From positions 174,964,001 through 175,028,000 of the forward strand of contig OX597817.1 in the NCBI GenBank assembly GCA_951406725.2: a stretch of 64,000 nt of DNA. The letters run 5' to 3'. The notes beneath the pieces were generated by a model. The model ran no database searches, was not told the DNA's origin, and worked only from the letters and a program-made list of their open reading frames with translations. Position 1 is the first letter of the stretch; the number at the start of each line of letters is the position of its first letter. Below are positions 12,929 to 25,609 of this stretch, one piece after another. A program made the position numbers and the translations under genes. Source of the stretch: Octopus vulgaris (taxonomy: Eukaryota).

Positions 12929-13370
12929 TATATATAAAAAGGACCATTGCCAGTGATACCTGTCACTCTCACTCAATGTAATTGATTCCAAGAGTGTGAG
13001 AGTGGGACAGAAAAATAAGCTCTTATACTTGGCTGGTTCTTTATTTATTGGCCCCCACAAGGATGAAAAGGGAAATTGATCTATATAAGATTTGAAACCC
13101 AAGTGCAAAGAGCCAGAAAATAACTGCAGGGTATTTTTCCAATGCTCAAACAATTCTGTCAGTTTCCAGTTGTTGGTTCAATTTACACCTGACTAACCTA
13201 TTATCCATATCCAGCCTAATTTAACAGACATTAAAGATTCTCTTTACATCAAATACCAAACTAGAATTAAGTATTCATATACTGCAGAATAAAACTTAGC
13301 TGAGCTGCATATCTATGACTGATTATAAGCAAATTTTTTCTGTGCAAAATATATGTACATAGCTATATGA

Positions 13371-13413
<43 letters not shown>

Positions 13414-13447
13414 TACAATATATACATATATATAATATATATATATA

Positions 13448-13771
<324 letters not shown>

Positions 13772-14122
13772 CATATATATAATATCTGAAAGCTGCTACA
13801 ATATGCAGGGAAATGCATTATGACCAGCGGTGTATGATGACATCAGACAATGATACATAAATATATGTGTGTGTGTGTGTGTGTGCGTGCGTGTGTGAGT
13901 GTGTGCGCGTGCAAATGTGTGTGTGTATGGCTTGAAGTGGGTAAAACTTCAAAGTCACTGTCAACAACATTCTTGTATATGAATGATTAGTTTGTACTCT
14001 ATAAAAGTACAGAGTAATCCAACAGACTGATGTAAAATTGTTATTGTTATCACTGAACATTAATTGATATACATACATAGACACACACACACACACATAC
14101 ATATATACATATGCATACATGC

Positions 14123-14181
<59 letters not shown>

Positions 14182-15119
14182 TGTGTATATGCATATATAT
14201 ATATACACACACATACCCACATACACACATACATACATACATACATACACACACACACATACATACATACATACATATATACACTGATATCTACTTGCAA
14301 TTCTAGACAATTACTCCCTTTAAAAATAACTTAGTGTTTGAGAGTTGAAAGATGAACTTGTACTGTAGATTCTATCTTTTAGTCTTATCTTGTTTTCAGT
14401 TTCTTACAGTTGACAATGCAGCTGTCGTTTTATCAAACTCACAGACATCATTTTACCATCTGTGGTGCAGTTTTTAGCAACATGAAAAAAAAAAAAACCA
14501 TCAACTAAAGAAGACTTTTCAAGACAGCTTTTTTTAGGTTAATATCTATTCTACAGATAATCTAGGTCATATATGTTGGTACAGGATCTAACAGTGAAGC
14601 CGGATGGCTTTTAAATTAATACAGAATTGGCAACTATAGGATATTATCAAGTTTTATTGTCTAAATGTACATCATGAAATATTCAGACACTAATGATTGA
14701 TAATGAATTTTGAATAGTAATAATAATAATAATAATAATTATTATTATTATTATTTTATGGTTTAGGGGAAGAAAGGGAGCACCCATGTCTTTCTTTGCA
14801 TAGAGATTGGTGGGCGGGAAAGGAAGGAAGAAATTTTGACTCTTGGCTTACTGCAGTTAAAAACTTATGCTAATTGTGTTAGAGCTGATGTAGACATGAG
14901 CAAAAATAGACAACCACTCAGCCCTCCCACACTTGACCCAGCAGAGCATCGACTATGTGATACGTTGAGAGAGAGAGACAGAGGAGGAGGTGGAGGACTG
15001 CACCAGCACTTGGCTGGCACATTTATACAAGTGTTATATCTTTTATCTTTTACTTGTCTCAATCACTGGACTGTGGCCATGCTGGGGCTTTGAAGAGTTT
15101 TAGATTGAACAGATTGATC

Positions 15120-15600
15120 CCACCATCATCATCATCATCAACATCCATTTTCCATGCTGGCATGGGTGGATGCTTTGATTGGTAAGGCCAGCAGCAGCAG
15201 CAGGCTCCGTTGTCTGTTCTGGCATGCTTCCTACAGCTCAATCATCATCATCATCCAGTGTTTTAAATCCAGGTTTTGCCCCTTTAACGGGGCTGGCTGG
15301 AGCTACCTCAATGCCATAGCAACCACGCTCACACCATCTTGCCTAGCTTTAGGAATGTCCTTCCTAATGCTGACCACTTCATAGAGGGTACTGGGTGCCC
15401 TTAATGTGGCACCACATTGGTATCAGTCCTGTTGTGGAGGATGTGTCTTCTTGAGTACAGCAAGTCATCTCATTCCTTTGTCATCTCCTTTATAAGGCTC
15501 AGTGTCTTGAGATCAGCCTTCAGTACTTCATCCCCTGTCTTCCTGGGTCTCCCTCTTACATGAGTTTCATCCACTTTAAGCAATCAACACTGCTGTATGT
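15120..15600 (-). mobile_element. Decayed RTE LINE 3' portion (ORF C-terminus, 3' UTR and tails)
   Basis: Minus-strand LKVDETHVRGRPRKTGDEVLKADLKTLSL resembles the RTE C-terminal GRGRPRKTW motif; (GAT)n tails. Confidence 0.7.
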
Positions 15601-16068
15601 TATGTTTAAGAGTGGTCCTTTTGTAAGAATGGAACTAGATTCAACAGAGCATCGATTATGTGGTAGCTTGAGAGAAAGAGAGGACTGCTACAAAACTTGA
15701 CTGGCACTCTCTTTATCAGCTACCAAAGAATCAAAGGCAATGGATTAATTCATCCAAGAACAGATAAGATTCCATCCAATAAGCTTCTTCTTAGTTTTGC
15801 TGCTGGATATTATTTGCATAATTATTTATACAATGGTTGTATCTTTCACTTGTTTCAGTCACTGGATTGTGGCCATGTTGGGGCACTGCTTTGAAGAGTT
15901 TTAGGTGAACAGATTGACACTAATACTTACATTTTTAAGGCTAGCACTTATTGTAAGAGTTTCTTTTCCTGAACTACTGAGTTATGGGGTCATAAACAAA
16001 CCAACTCTAGTTGGCAAGTGGTGAGCTGGGGAGATAAGCACAAGCATAAAGGCATTCATACACATGTA

Positions 16069-16492
16069 GGCACAGGAGTGGCTGTGTGGTAAGTAGCTTG
16101 CTTCCCATCCACATGGTTCCAGGTTCAGTCCCACTGCATGGCACCTTGTGCAAGTGTCTTTTATTATAGCCTTAAGCTGACCAAAACCTTGTGATTGGAT
16201 TTGGTAGGCGGACACTGAAAGAAGCCCGTCATATATATATATGTGTGTGTATGTGTGTGTGTGTGTGTGTGTATTTGTGTCTATGTTTTTCCACCACCAC
16301 CTGATAACTGCTGCTGGTTTTCTTTTGTCCCTGTAAATTAGCAGCTCAGCAAAAGAGACCTACAGAATAAGTACCGGGCTTAAAAAGATTAGTACTGGGG
16401 TCGATCCATTCAGCTAAAAGTTCTGCAGTGCAGTGCAGTGCCCCAGCATGGCCACAGTCTAATGATTGAAACATACGAGAGATAAGAGATAA
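16069..16492 (+). mobile_element. SINE family A
   Basis: Homology to 3411-3812. Confidence 0.85.
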
Positions 16493-16625
16493 AAATATGA
16501 TGAAACTCATGAAACTGGTCTTTCCTTTGCCAATAATTGAGACTAACATACCGTAATGAGTCAAAAAATTTTTATTAACTAAAATGATACTATAATGAGG
16601 AGAAAACATCATTAACTTTAATTAT

Positions 16626-16853
16626 TAACCCTTTTAACACTAAACCACTTGAGACCACTCCTGGTTCAGTGATGCAAACTTTTCAGTTTAAACTGAACTA
16701 AATTAAAACCTTCCATCAAATTTTCATCGTTAAATTATGCTTTTAAACACCAGCTTAATAATGAACATATTTTATAAAATGTTTCATTATTTTAGAAATT
16801 AGTTGGAACAAAGCCAGGGTAGTTCAGCAAGAATATGGCAACAGATAAGTTAA
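16626..16853. mobile_element. piggyBac-like MITE (family P2)
   Basis: Starts TTAACCCTTT and ends AGTTAA; homologous to the copies at 42.6, 43.8-44.2 and 58.6-59.6 kb. Confidence 0.6.
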
Positions 16854-17302
16854 TTACTAATTAATGATTAGCCTTTGGTCAAAAGGCAATTTGACAATCC
16901 CCTAAAACCGAGATTAATAAAAAACAGAATAGAGGGAATATATCTGATCTTAAGTGAAATTTTTATATCTCTCAGTTATTTTGTCATAACTGACAAGGGT
17001 CAACCACTCAAAATTTTAAAGTTTTTTTAATTATCTAGAAGTTGATAAGCAGTAGTAAGGCTATGTGTCACTGATGAGGCCTAAAAAGAGTGAAATATAC
17101 ATAGAGTTGTATATAAGTAAGCATAAATAGATAGATAAGGAGAAAGAAAGAGAAAGAAAAAGTTAGGATAAGCAAGAGAATATTACTTCCTGTGTCTCAG
17201 AAGAAATTACACAGGATCAAATCAAAATATATGAAGAAATTCAATTTGATTAGAGGCCAGACCAATCAATACTAAGTTTGTCTGGGATACCCAGACATTG
17301 AA

Positions 17303-17670
17303 TTGTTGTTGCTGATGATGATGATGATGGTGGTGGTTGTGGTGGTGGTGGTGGTGGTAGTGAGTGGTGGTGGTGTTGTTGTTGTTGGTGTTGGTGATAG
17401 TGGCGGTAGTGATGGTGGCGATGGTGTTGGTGTTGGTGGTGGTGGTGGTGATGATGGTGGTGGTGATGGTGGTGGCCGTGGTGGTGCTGATGGTAAGGAT
17501 AATGATGATGATGATGATGATCATCATCATCATCATCATGCTGTTGGCCAAAACTGATGATGATGATTATACTAGCAATGATGGTAAACATAGAGTTGGT
17601 GGTTTTTTTTGGTCATGGTAGTTATTGTTGTGGTAGTGGTAGTGGTGGTCGTGGCAGTGGTGGTGGAGTC
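17303..17670. repeat. Degenerate (GGT)/(GAT)n trinucleotide tract
   Basis: Direct reading. Confidence 0.95.
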
Positions 17671-18187
17671 GGCAGTGACGAAACCACAATCTATGTTAAG
17701 ATGATAAAAAAAAATGTGAATTATTTTTAAAACGATAAGAAGAATCTAAATACAATATTCAAGATTTGTAACAATATTTCGGGTGTTTTTAATTCTTAGT
17801 TCATTTATTCTTTTATAACAAACGATTGGCTGCAAAAAGCCTGTAACAAAGATTGTAATTTTAAGAGAGCAGAAAAATAAAGTCCATTTCATATTAAAGG
17901 CTTAAGCAAAATATGATACTAAGATTTAGATTTAAAGCTGCAATTTGGAATTACCAATTTTAACAGAATATCTTAAAAAGTATTTAGGTGTATTTAGTCA
18001 TTAACAACAGCAACAATACCAACAAGATTCCTAGAATTGATAGGACAATTAGAATTACTATGTTTTATTGATTAAGTTACTATGGCTTTCCAGAAAATAT
18101 TTGCTTTTAATTTTTTGTCAAATATCCAAGAATTCTGCAGTTCTCCAGACTTGGAGAAAGAAGCACAAAATTATGGCAAGTCTAAAT

Positions 18188-18773
18188 TGATAATGATGAT
18201 GGTGGTGGTGGTGGTGGTGGTGGTGGTGGTGGTGGTGGTAGTGGTGTTGATAATGATGGTGGTGGTGATGAAGATAATGGATGATGGGGAGGAGAAGAAA
18301 GACAAGGTGGAGTAGATGCTTTTATGATGGTCATGGAAGGAATTGTGAGAAATCAAGAGACTCAGAATGGAAACGATTATGGTGGTAGTGGTGGTGGTGG
18401 TGGTGGTGGTGGTGGTGGTGGTGGTGGTGGTGGTGGTGGTGGTGGTGGTGGTGGTGGTGGTGGTGGTGGTGGTGGTAGGGGTGGTGGTGGTAGTGGTGGT
18501 GGTGGTGGTGGTGGTGGTGGTGGTGGTGGTGGTGGCTGTGGTGGAAACGATTATGGTGGTAGTGGCTGTGGTGGTGGTGGTGGTGGTGGTAGTGGCTGTG
18601 GTAGTGGTGGTGGTGGTGGTGGTGGTGGTGGTGGTAGGGGTGGATGTTGCGATGTTGGCTGTAGTGGTGTTGGTTTTAGTGGTGTTGGCTTTAGTGGTGT
18701 CGGTTGTGGTTGTGGTGGTTGTCATTCCCCATCATGTTGGTTGTGGTAGAGGCAGCAGCAGCAGCAGCAGCAG
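18188..18773. repeat. Long (GGT)n tract with duplicated spacer TGGAAACGATTATGG, ending in (CAG)n
   Basis: Direct reading; source of the poly-G, poly-V and poly-T ORFs. Confidence 0.95.
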
Positions 18774-18952
18774 CCATCCCTGCTGCAAGATACCAATAAC
18801 AATAATTCCATGAATGTTTGCGTTAGAAGTTCAGTGTACAACAAAGTGGATTCAGGTTCAATCTGACTGGACAACCCTTTGGACAAGTGTCCCCTTTTAT
18901 AGCCTTATGTTGAGCAAAGCCTTGTGAATGAAAACTTGTGTACATACATATT

Positions 18953-19302
18953 CTTTTATTCTTTTACTTGTTTCAGTCATTTGACTGTGGCCATGCTGGA
19001 GCAGCACCTTTAGTCGAACAAATTGACCCTGGGACTTATTCTTTGTAAGCCTAGTACTTATTCTATCGGTCTCTTTTGCTGAACAGCTAAGTTATGCGGA
19101 TGTAAGCACACCAAGATCGGTTGCCAAGTGATGGTGGGGGACAAACACAGACACAAAAATACATACGTACATATATACATATGACAGGCTTCTTTCAGTT
19201 TCCAGACACCAAACCCACTCACAAGGCTTTAGCTGGCCTGAGAATATAGTAGATAACACTTGCCCAAGGTACCACACAGTGAAACTGAATCTGGAACCAT
19301 GT
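18953..19302 (-). mobile_element. SINE family A
   Basis: Homology to 3411-3812. Confidence 0.85.
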
Positions 19303-19304
19303 CA

Positions 19305-19368
<64 letters not shown>

Positions 19369-19451
19369 GGTCCCGGGTTGATTCGGGGTTAACCACAGTA
19401 AATAAGGTACTCAATACATAGCAGAGTAAAATTAATTTATTATATAGAAGG

Positions 19452-19502
19452 AGCTTCTACAGGACTAGAACTGTTTCATTCAAGAGAAATCTTCAGGAAG
19501 CT
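19452..19502 (-). ncRNA. Type I hammerhead ribozyme motif (minus-strand copy)
   Basis: Exact reverse complement of 19508-19558. Confidence 0.7.
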
Positions 19503-19507
19503 AGTAC

Positions 19508-19558
19508 AGCTTCCTGAAGATTTCTCTTGAATGAAACAGTTCTAGTCCTGTAGAAGCT
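19508..19558 (+). ncRNA. Type I hammerhead ribozyme motif
   Basis: AGCUUC-CUGAAGA-UUUC(UCUU)GAAU-GAA-ACAG(UUCUAGUC)CUGU-A-GAAGCU; canonical core, 6-bp stem I, 4-bp stem III, predicted cleavage after A19552; stem II base is a U-U mismatch. Confidence 0.72.
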
Positions 19559-19687
19559 CCTTCTATATAATAAATATATATATATATATTACGTTCTTAT
19601 TCCATTTTGGGGGTTTATAAACATATAGTGGCATATGTACACTTTTTGCTCACCTTGTAAGTATGTTTCCTAGCTAATAGAATCTCA

Positions 19688-19918
19688 GAAGTAAAGATTA
19701 CTCAATGAAAGGTACTCCACTAGGCATTCATCAGGGCGAGGATATCTTAATTAAATGAAGGTTACATTGTTGTCAAGGGATCCCATGTTAATTTGCAGAT
19801 TTGGTCAATTAAATCTCCTGTAAGTTAACATAGGATCCCTTGATACTAAGGATACTATACTATCTTCAGTCTGATGAGTAGCAAGTGGAGTACCCCTCAT
19901 TGAGTAATTATTTATTTC
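19688..19918. repeat. Imperfect ~230-bp foldback (old MITE or hairpin RNA)
   Basis: Nested complementary blocks, e.g. ATTACTCAATGAAAGGTACTCCACT with AGTGGAGTACCCCTCATTGAGTAAT, and TCAAGGGATCCCATGTTAA with TTAACATAGGATCCCTTGA. Confidence 0.8.
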
Positions 19919-19920
19919 AG

Positions 19921-20169
19921 TTGTCAAGCGATGTTGGGGGAACAAACACAGACACACAAAAAAATACACACACATACATATGTATATGTATATGTACATA
20001 TATATGACAGGCTTCTTTCAGTTTCCGTCTACCAAATCCACTCACAAGGCTTCGGTTGGCCCAAGGCTATAGTAGAAGAAATTTGCCCAAGGTGCCACAC
20101 AGTGGGACTGAACCTGGAACCATGTAGTTCGTAAGCAAGCTACTTACCACACAGCCACTCCTACGCCTA
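19921..20169 (-). mobile_element. SINE family A, 5' half
   Basis: Homology to 3411-3812. Confidence 0.85.
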
Positions 20170-20392
20170 TCTTCATATTTCATATCAACCCTGAGAATAT
20201 TTGTTTTGCATGAACAAAAAAACTCAACAGCTTTGTGTTTCGACATGCAAAGATATGGAATAAAGTACTTTACTCAAAAATAAGTAATGGTTAACATTAG
20301 GAGGAAAATCCAGCTGTAGAATAAAAACCATGAGGATAATAAAGATGATATAGAAAGTCAAACAAACAACATAGAAACATAGTAAACAACTG

Positions 20393-21177
20393 GCACAGGT
20401 GTGGCTGTGTGGTAAGCAGTTTGCTTCTCACCTACATGTTTCTGGGTTCAGACCTACTGTGTGACACCTTGGGCAAGAGTCTTCAACTTTAGCCCCAGCT
20501 CACTTTGTGAGTAGATTTGGCAGATGGAAACTGAAAGAAGTCCATCATGTATATGTATGTATGTATGTATCTATGTGTATATGTCTTTGTCTTTTGTATT
20601 TGTCCCCCACTGCCCTCCATTACTTGACAACCAGTGTTGTCACTTTAAAGGCAGGAAACGAAAGGAAAGGTCACGGTTTCACATTGTAGCGAAACTAGAG
20701 GTCGTTTTAAGTTTAATTGTAAAGTATAATCGTAAAGTTTAATTGTAAAGTTAATTGTAAAGTTTAATTGTAAAGTTAATTGTAAAGTTTAATTGTAAAG
20801 TTAATTGTAAAGTTTAATTGTAAAGGTATTCATGGTTCATCTTGCAGCGGGGGGGGGGGGCGAGATGGCCATCTCATTTGCATCAGAATCATGTTCATTT
20901 CCTTATCATTTTCCATTCGTCTTTATGTCCCCACATGTCAGTTGTACGTCCCCTCTGTATTCAGGCCTTGCACTTATGATAAAGAGAAAAACCAGTGTTG
21001 GTTTGTTGATGTCTTCATAACTTTGCAGTTCAACAAAAGAAATTGATAGAATAAGTACCAAGCTCTAAAAATTAAGCACCAGTTCAATTCGTTCAATTAA
21101 GGCTTTTCAAGTTGGTGCCCCAGAATGGTCGCAGTCCAGTGACTGAAACAAGTGAAAGATACAAGATGAAAGATAAG
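20393..21177 (+). mobile_element. SINE family A interrupted by a 350-bp insertion
   Basis: SINE sequence resumes at 21001 exactly after the duplicated AACCAGTGTTG. Confidence 0.8.
20640..20989. mobile_element. Unclassified insertion with 11-bp TSD and internal 12/13-bp minisatellite
   Basis: TSD AACCAGTGTTG at 20629-20639 and 20990-21000; about 9 copies of AAAGTT(T)AATTGT at 20709-20825. Confidence 0.7.
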
Positions 21178-22201
21178 AGATTAAATATTAACCCAAAGAA
21201 TGACAAATACCAATAAACAAACAAACAAACAAATAAATAGATAAAGAAATGTAATAAAATATGATGACAGCAAAAGGGGGAAGTCTATTCCGGTCATAAC
21301 TGTTTGAATTAAACTTGTAAAATTACTAAAACAAGTAAAAACATCCAAGTTTAAATTAGTAATGAGTTAGAAAACATATTTGTGCCTCATGCAGTGTGGC
21401 TGTCAATGGCAACAACAGGAAATAACACAAATCGCTTCTATTTTTTTTCATTCGTCATCAATTATGATCTTGAATTCAACTGGCTTTTTATATCTTTGTT
21501 TATTTTCTGTTTTGAAATATTTAAAAGTTAGAAAATATTTCAGATACACACCCTCATAAGATGTGAATCAACAATAATATATAAACATATATAAAAATAA
21601 GAAAAGGAAACTATTTCTTTATATATATATATATCTTGCCTATTTTTATTTTCTATAGCTATTTTATTATTGAATATAAAATATTTTCTGCTTCTTGCTT
21701 GACTTTAAGGAATGCTTTGTTGTTTCATGGAATTTCTGGTGTAATACATGTCAGAGTTAATGTTCTGGAAGAGTTAACAATGTAATAAATTTACCGACGC
21801 TTTCACTTCTATTTAGAAGCCAGGTAGGAGGAGAATCTTATCTAATCGATGGCTATGAATCTATGAATTTCAGAACAGACTTGAGACTATTGTTGGAAAG
21901 TTTTAAGAAAGACAAATAATTAAGAACAGAAAAAACCAATAACAATAAAAATAAGGATTGACTCTCCCTTCAAAGATGACGTGTGAGTGTTCAGCTTTTG
22001 CTGAATGACCTGCACAAATGATTTATTTATAGTGATCAAATGTCTGTGCTGTAGATTAGCTCATTCTCTCCAGTGAATCGACATTACCTGAACAGGTGCA
22101 AGGTGTACCATGTGTCAGGTGGCAAAGTGAGATGAAGTGTTTTGCTCAAGAACACAGTGCACCACCTGATCTAGGAATCGAAACTCCCTAACCACTAGGC
22201 C

Positions 22202-22251
<50 letters not shown>

Positions 22252-22261
22252 TAATAATAAT

Positions 22262-22474
22262 GGTTTCAAATTTTGCCACAAGGGCAGCAGTTTTGGGGGA
22301 GAGGATGAGTCGATAACATCATCCCCAGTGTTCAACTAGTACTTATTTTATCAACCCGAAAAAGTGTAAGGTAAAGTCAACCTTGGTGGAATTTGAACTC
22401 AGAAAATAAGGTCGGATGAAATATCGCTAAGCATTTCATCCAGCATGCTAACAATTCTGCCAGTTTGTCACCTT
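22262..22474 (-). mobile_element. SINE family B, between (TAA)n tracts
   Basis: Homology to other family B copies. Confidence 0.8.
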
Positions 22475-22491
22475 TAATAATAATGATGATG

Positions 22492-22546
<55 letters not shown>

Positions 22547-22547
<1 letters not shown>

Positions 22548-22805
22548 GTCACAGAAAACGAGAAAGCAACCATACTCTGGGATATGCCAATACACACAGA
22601 TAGAGAAATTAAGGCCAATAGGCCCGATGACTTACAAACACATATAACATACAGAAAATTGCACTACTAGGCACCGCACACACCCTACGCAAAACACTTT
22701 CAATACAGTTACCATAAGGGCATCAAACCAAACCACAGCACATACCCAAGGCACACAGAGCTGCGCTCGGTAGTAAAGTGAAAACACGTTATAAAAATAA
22801 AACTA

Positions 22806-22808
<3 letters not shown>
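22547..22808 (+). mobile_element. Second R4/Dong-clade LINE 3' fragment (different subfamily), inside (TAA)n
   Basis: VTENEKATILWDMPIHTDREIKANRPD, internal deletion, then NIQKIALLGTAHTLRKTLSIQ; AATAAA near the end; (TAA)n on both sides. Confidence 0.82.
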
Positions 22809-22840
<32 letters not shown>

Positions 22841-23063
22841 TATATGCAAATGCTTTTTGTGTAAATTTTATCTATTTGTCAGAGAGTCTTCTGCTACGTT
22901 ATCGGTGCTGTTAAACAGGACAAGGACCTAGCTTTTATCTTTTTCTCTGATTAAACTATAGAAATATAAAAGCCTGATCTCATGAGGGAACTTTTAATCA
23001 GCTTTCAATCAGCTTCCTTGAAGTAGCAGCTAAATTCCCTTGCATTCACTCTGCTATCTTATA

Positions 23064-23450
23064 TCATCATCATCATTGTTCGACCATGGTCGAGACAATA
23101 GAATTTACTATGCTACGCCAGACTTCATGGTCCATCATAGTATTACGGAGGTCCTGTTGCTGGATGCCTACATCCCTGGAGATTACATTAGGGCAGGAGA
23201 GTGTGCGCCCTCTGGTATCGCAAGTAGATGGCTTCCAGAGGGGAAGAGTAGAAATTACCTCGTTTTCAGATCTACAACAATGTCCAGTAAACTGGACTCT
23301 CCTACCTTTCACAAGAGATGATACAGGTGGTAGTTTCCCATATACTTGAACTTTGGTTGGATGGCGTTTCCATGAGAGATTTTGAGCTCTCATAAGGAGG
23401 CGGGTGTAAGTTCCATCCAATCGCCTCTCAAGCGTCTTTGATAACGTCCC
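23064..23450 (-). mobile_element. 5'-truncated RTE-superfamily LINE 3' end (second family), inserted in a family D repeat
   Basis: ORF 23073-23420: LDGTYTRLLMRAQNLSWKRHPTK...RRVQFTGHC...LWKP...RGR...WRSIV, followed by a (GAT)n tail. Confidence 0.85.
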
Positions 23451-23981
23451 GGTTGGTCACATCTGGAATGTCTTTGATAAAAATTCTGCTTGATCAAAGC
23501 TGACTTGGGGATAAGCAACAATAGCAGCCCATACTGTAAAATCTTAAATGTTTCAAATTTTAGCACAAGGTCAGCAATTTTAGGATAGTGGGTTGGTTGT
23601 TTGGTACATCAATCGCAGTACTAAGCTGGTACTTATTTTATCAACACCAAAAAGATAAAAAGTAAAAGTTGACCTTGGTAGCATTTGAATTAAAATTTTA
23701 AGTAATTCTTTCTAGTTTTGGCAGTAATTTTGAGGGGAGGGAGAAATCAGTTATATTTCCCTTAGTGTTTAACTGGTACATTATTTTATTGACCTTGCAA
23801 AGATGAAAAGCAAAGTTAATCACAGAAGCATTCAAACTGAGATTTTAAATTATAAAAACAAAAAGAACTTAAAAAACACGATGCAAAACTATTTATATTT
23901 TAACCCATTTTCTGGTCAATGATTGTTTACGACATGCAGATGATTGTTAGCAATTTAAACAAAATTTATGCCTCAGTTTAT

Positions 23982-24378
23982 AGGTGCAGGAGTGGCTGTG
24001 TGGTAAGTAGCTTGTTTACCAACCACATGGTTCCGGATTCAGTCCCATTGCGTGGCACCTTGGGCAAGTGTCTTATGCTATAGCCCCGGGCCGACCAATG
24101 ACTTGTGAGTGGATTTGGTAGACAGAATATATGTATATATATGTCGTATATATGTATATATATATGTATGTGTGTGTGTGTTTGTGTGTCTGTGTTTGTC
24201 CCCCTAGCATTGCTTGACAACCGATGCTGGTGTGTTTACGTCCCCATTACTTAGCAGTTCGGCAAAACAGATCGATAGAATAAGTCCCGGGGTCGATTTG
24301 CTCGACTAAAGGCGGTGCTCCAGCATGGCCGCAGTCAAATGACTGAAACAAGTAAAAGAGTAAAGAGTAAAGAGAGAG
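23982..24378 (+). mobile_element. SINE family A, well preserved
   Basis: Homology to 3411-3812; CpGs retained. Confidence 0.88.
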
Positions 24379-24694
24379 TTTATATGAAACTGTGATTGAA
24401 ACATTGACTGATGCTGCAGAAGTGTCTGGGCTGTAGAATAAAACTCAGTGAGTGCAGTGCAAATAGCATTAAATTAAGATCGCCTGCTGTGTTGCAAAGA
24501 CAGATTTTAGATAAAATTAAGTCAACATAAATACATCTCACAGCAACGATTTTTCCCTAAAACTTGTACTTTTTTCAGATAGTCACACTGAGTCCTTGAG
24601 AAGACCATAGGTTTTCCACCTCTGCTCCAGATAATTAACGATGTAAGCAAAAGAGTTTCAGTTAGAAAGTAAAGCTGCATTGCAGGTTCATATA

Positions 24695-25078
24695 TTCTTT
24701 TCTCTTTACTTGTTTCAGTCATCTGATTATGGCCATGCTGGAGCATTGCCTGGAAGAGTTTTACTCAAACAAATTTGCCCTAGAGCTTATTTTTCTGAAA
24801 CTTAATACTTATTCTATTGGTCTCTTTTACTGAACTGCTAAGTTATGGGGGATATAAACACATCACCACCGGTTGTCAAACAGTGGCGGGGGACAACCAC
24901 AAACACCGAGACATACACACACAGATATGTACATAGATATACAACAGGCTTCTTTCAGTTTCCATCTGCCAGATCCACTCCCAAGGCTTTGGTCAGCCCA
25001 AGGCTGTAGTAAAAGACACTTGCTGTGGGACTGAACCTGGAATCATGTGGTTGGGAAGCAAGCTTCTTACCACATGCC
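24695..25078 (-). mobile_element. SINE family A
   Basis: Homology; inverted relative to the 23982-24378 copy. Confidence 0.82.
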
Positions 25079-25609
25079 TCAATTCTTTCAGATTACATTC
25101 TGCTTCATAGCACTCACCATATCAAAGGAACATCTTTATATATTAACTACATCAAGTAAACTTCTACACAGTTATTATTCAACTTGTTAGAAATACCCCC
25201 TAAGTTTTCTTTCAACCATTGTAACTGAAACAAGATCAAATATCACTTCAGACAAAAAACAAAACAAAACCAGAAATTCTATCTCCCAATCCCCACCGAA
25301 TGGTCACAGCTGGAATACTTTTGATCATAGTTTTGCCCCATCAGAGCACACCATGGGGTTAAACAGCAACAACTTGAAGTGACATATTCATATTCTGAAA
25401 TAGCAGTTTTATTGTATTAAACGTAAGTATGTCAGCTTATAAGTGGACACTTGTCTATTATTCTCATATAATTTAGCTTATCTAGTGACTACTTAATATA
25501 AGTTCTCCTTGAGAACACTGATCAGAGCTGAAATGAAATCAAAGCAATATGAATCATTTCATTTTTAATGCCCTCAATTCGGTCAGATATCTGTGATAGG
25601 AAAATGATT

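Larger units (their letters stand above)
19367..19575. mobile_element. Penelope-like terminal fragment with perfect 68-bp inverted repeat, inside (TA)n
   Basis: Arms 19435-19502 and 19508-19575, spacer AGTAC; hammerhead motif in each arm. Confidence 0.75.

Noticed and set aside
18171-18813. Poly-Thr, poly-Gly and poly-Val ORFs resembling mucin or glycine-rich proteins
   Set aside because: (GGT)n repeat without codon variation or supporting splice context
19871-19900. CTGATGA as a further hammerhead core
   Set aside because: No GAAA or stem II at the required spacing; it is part of the foldback arm
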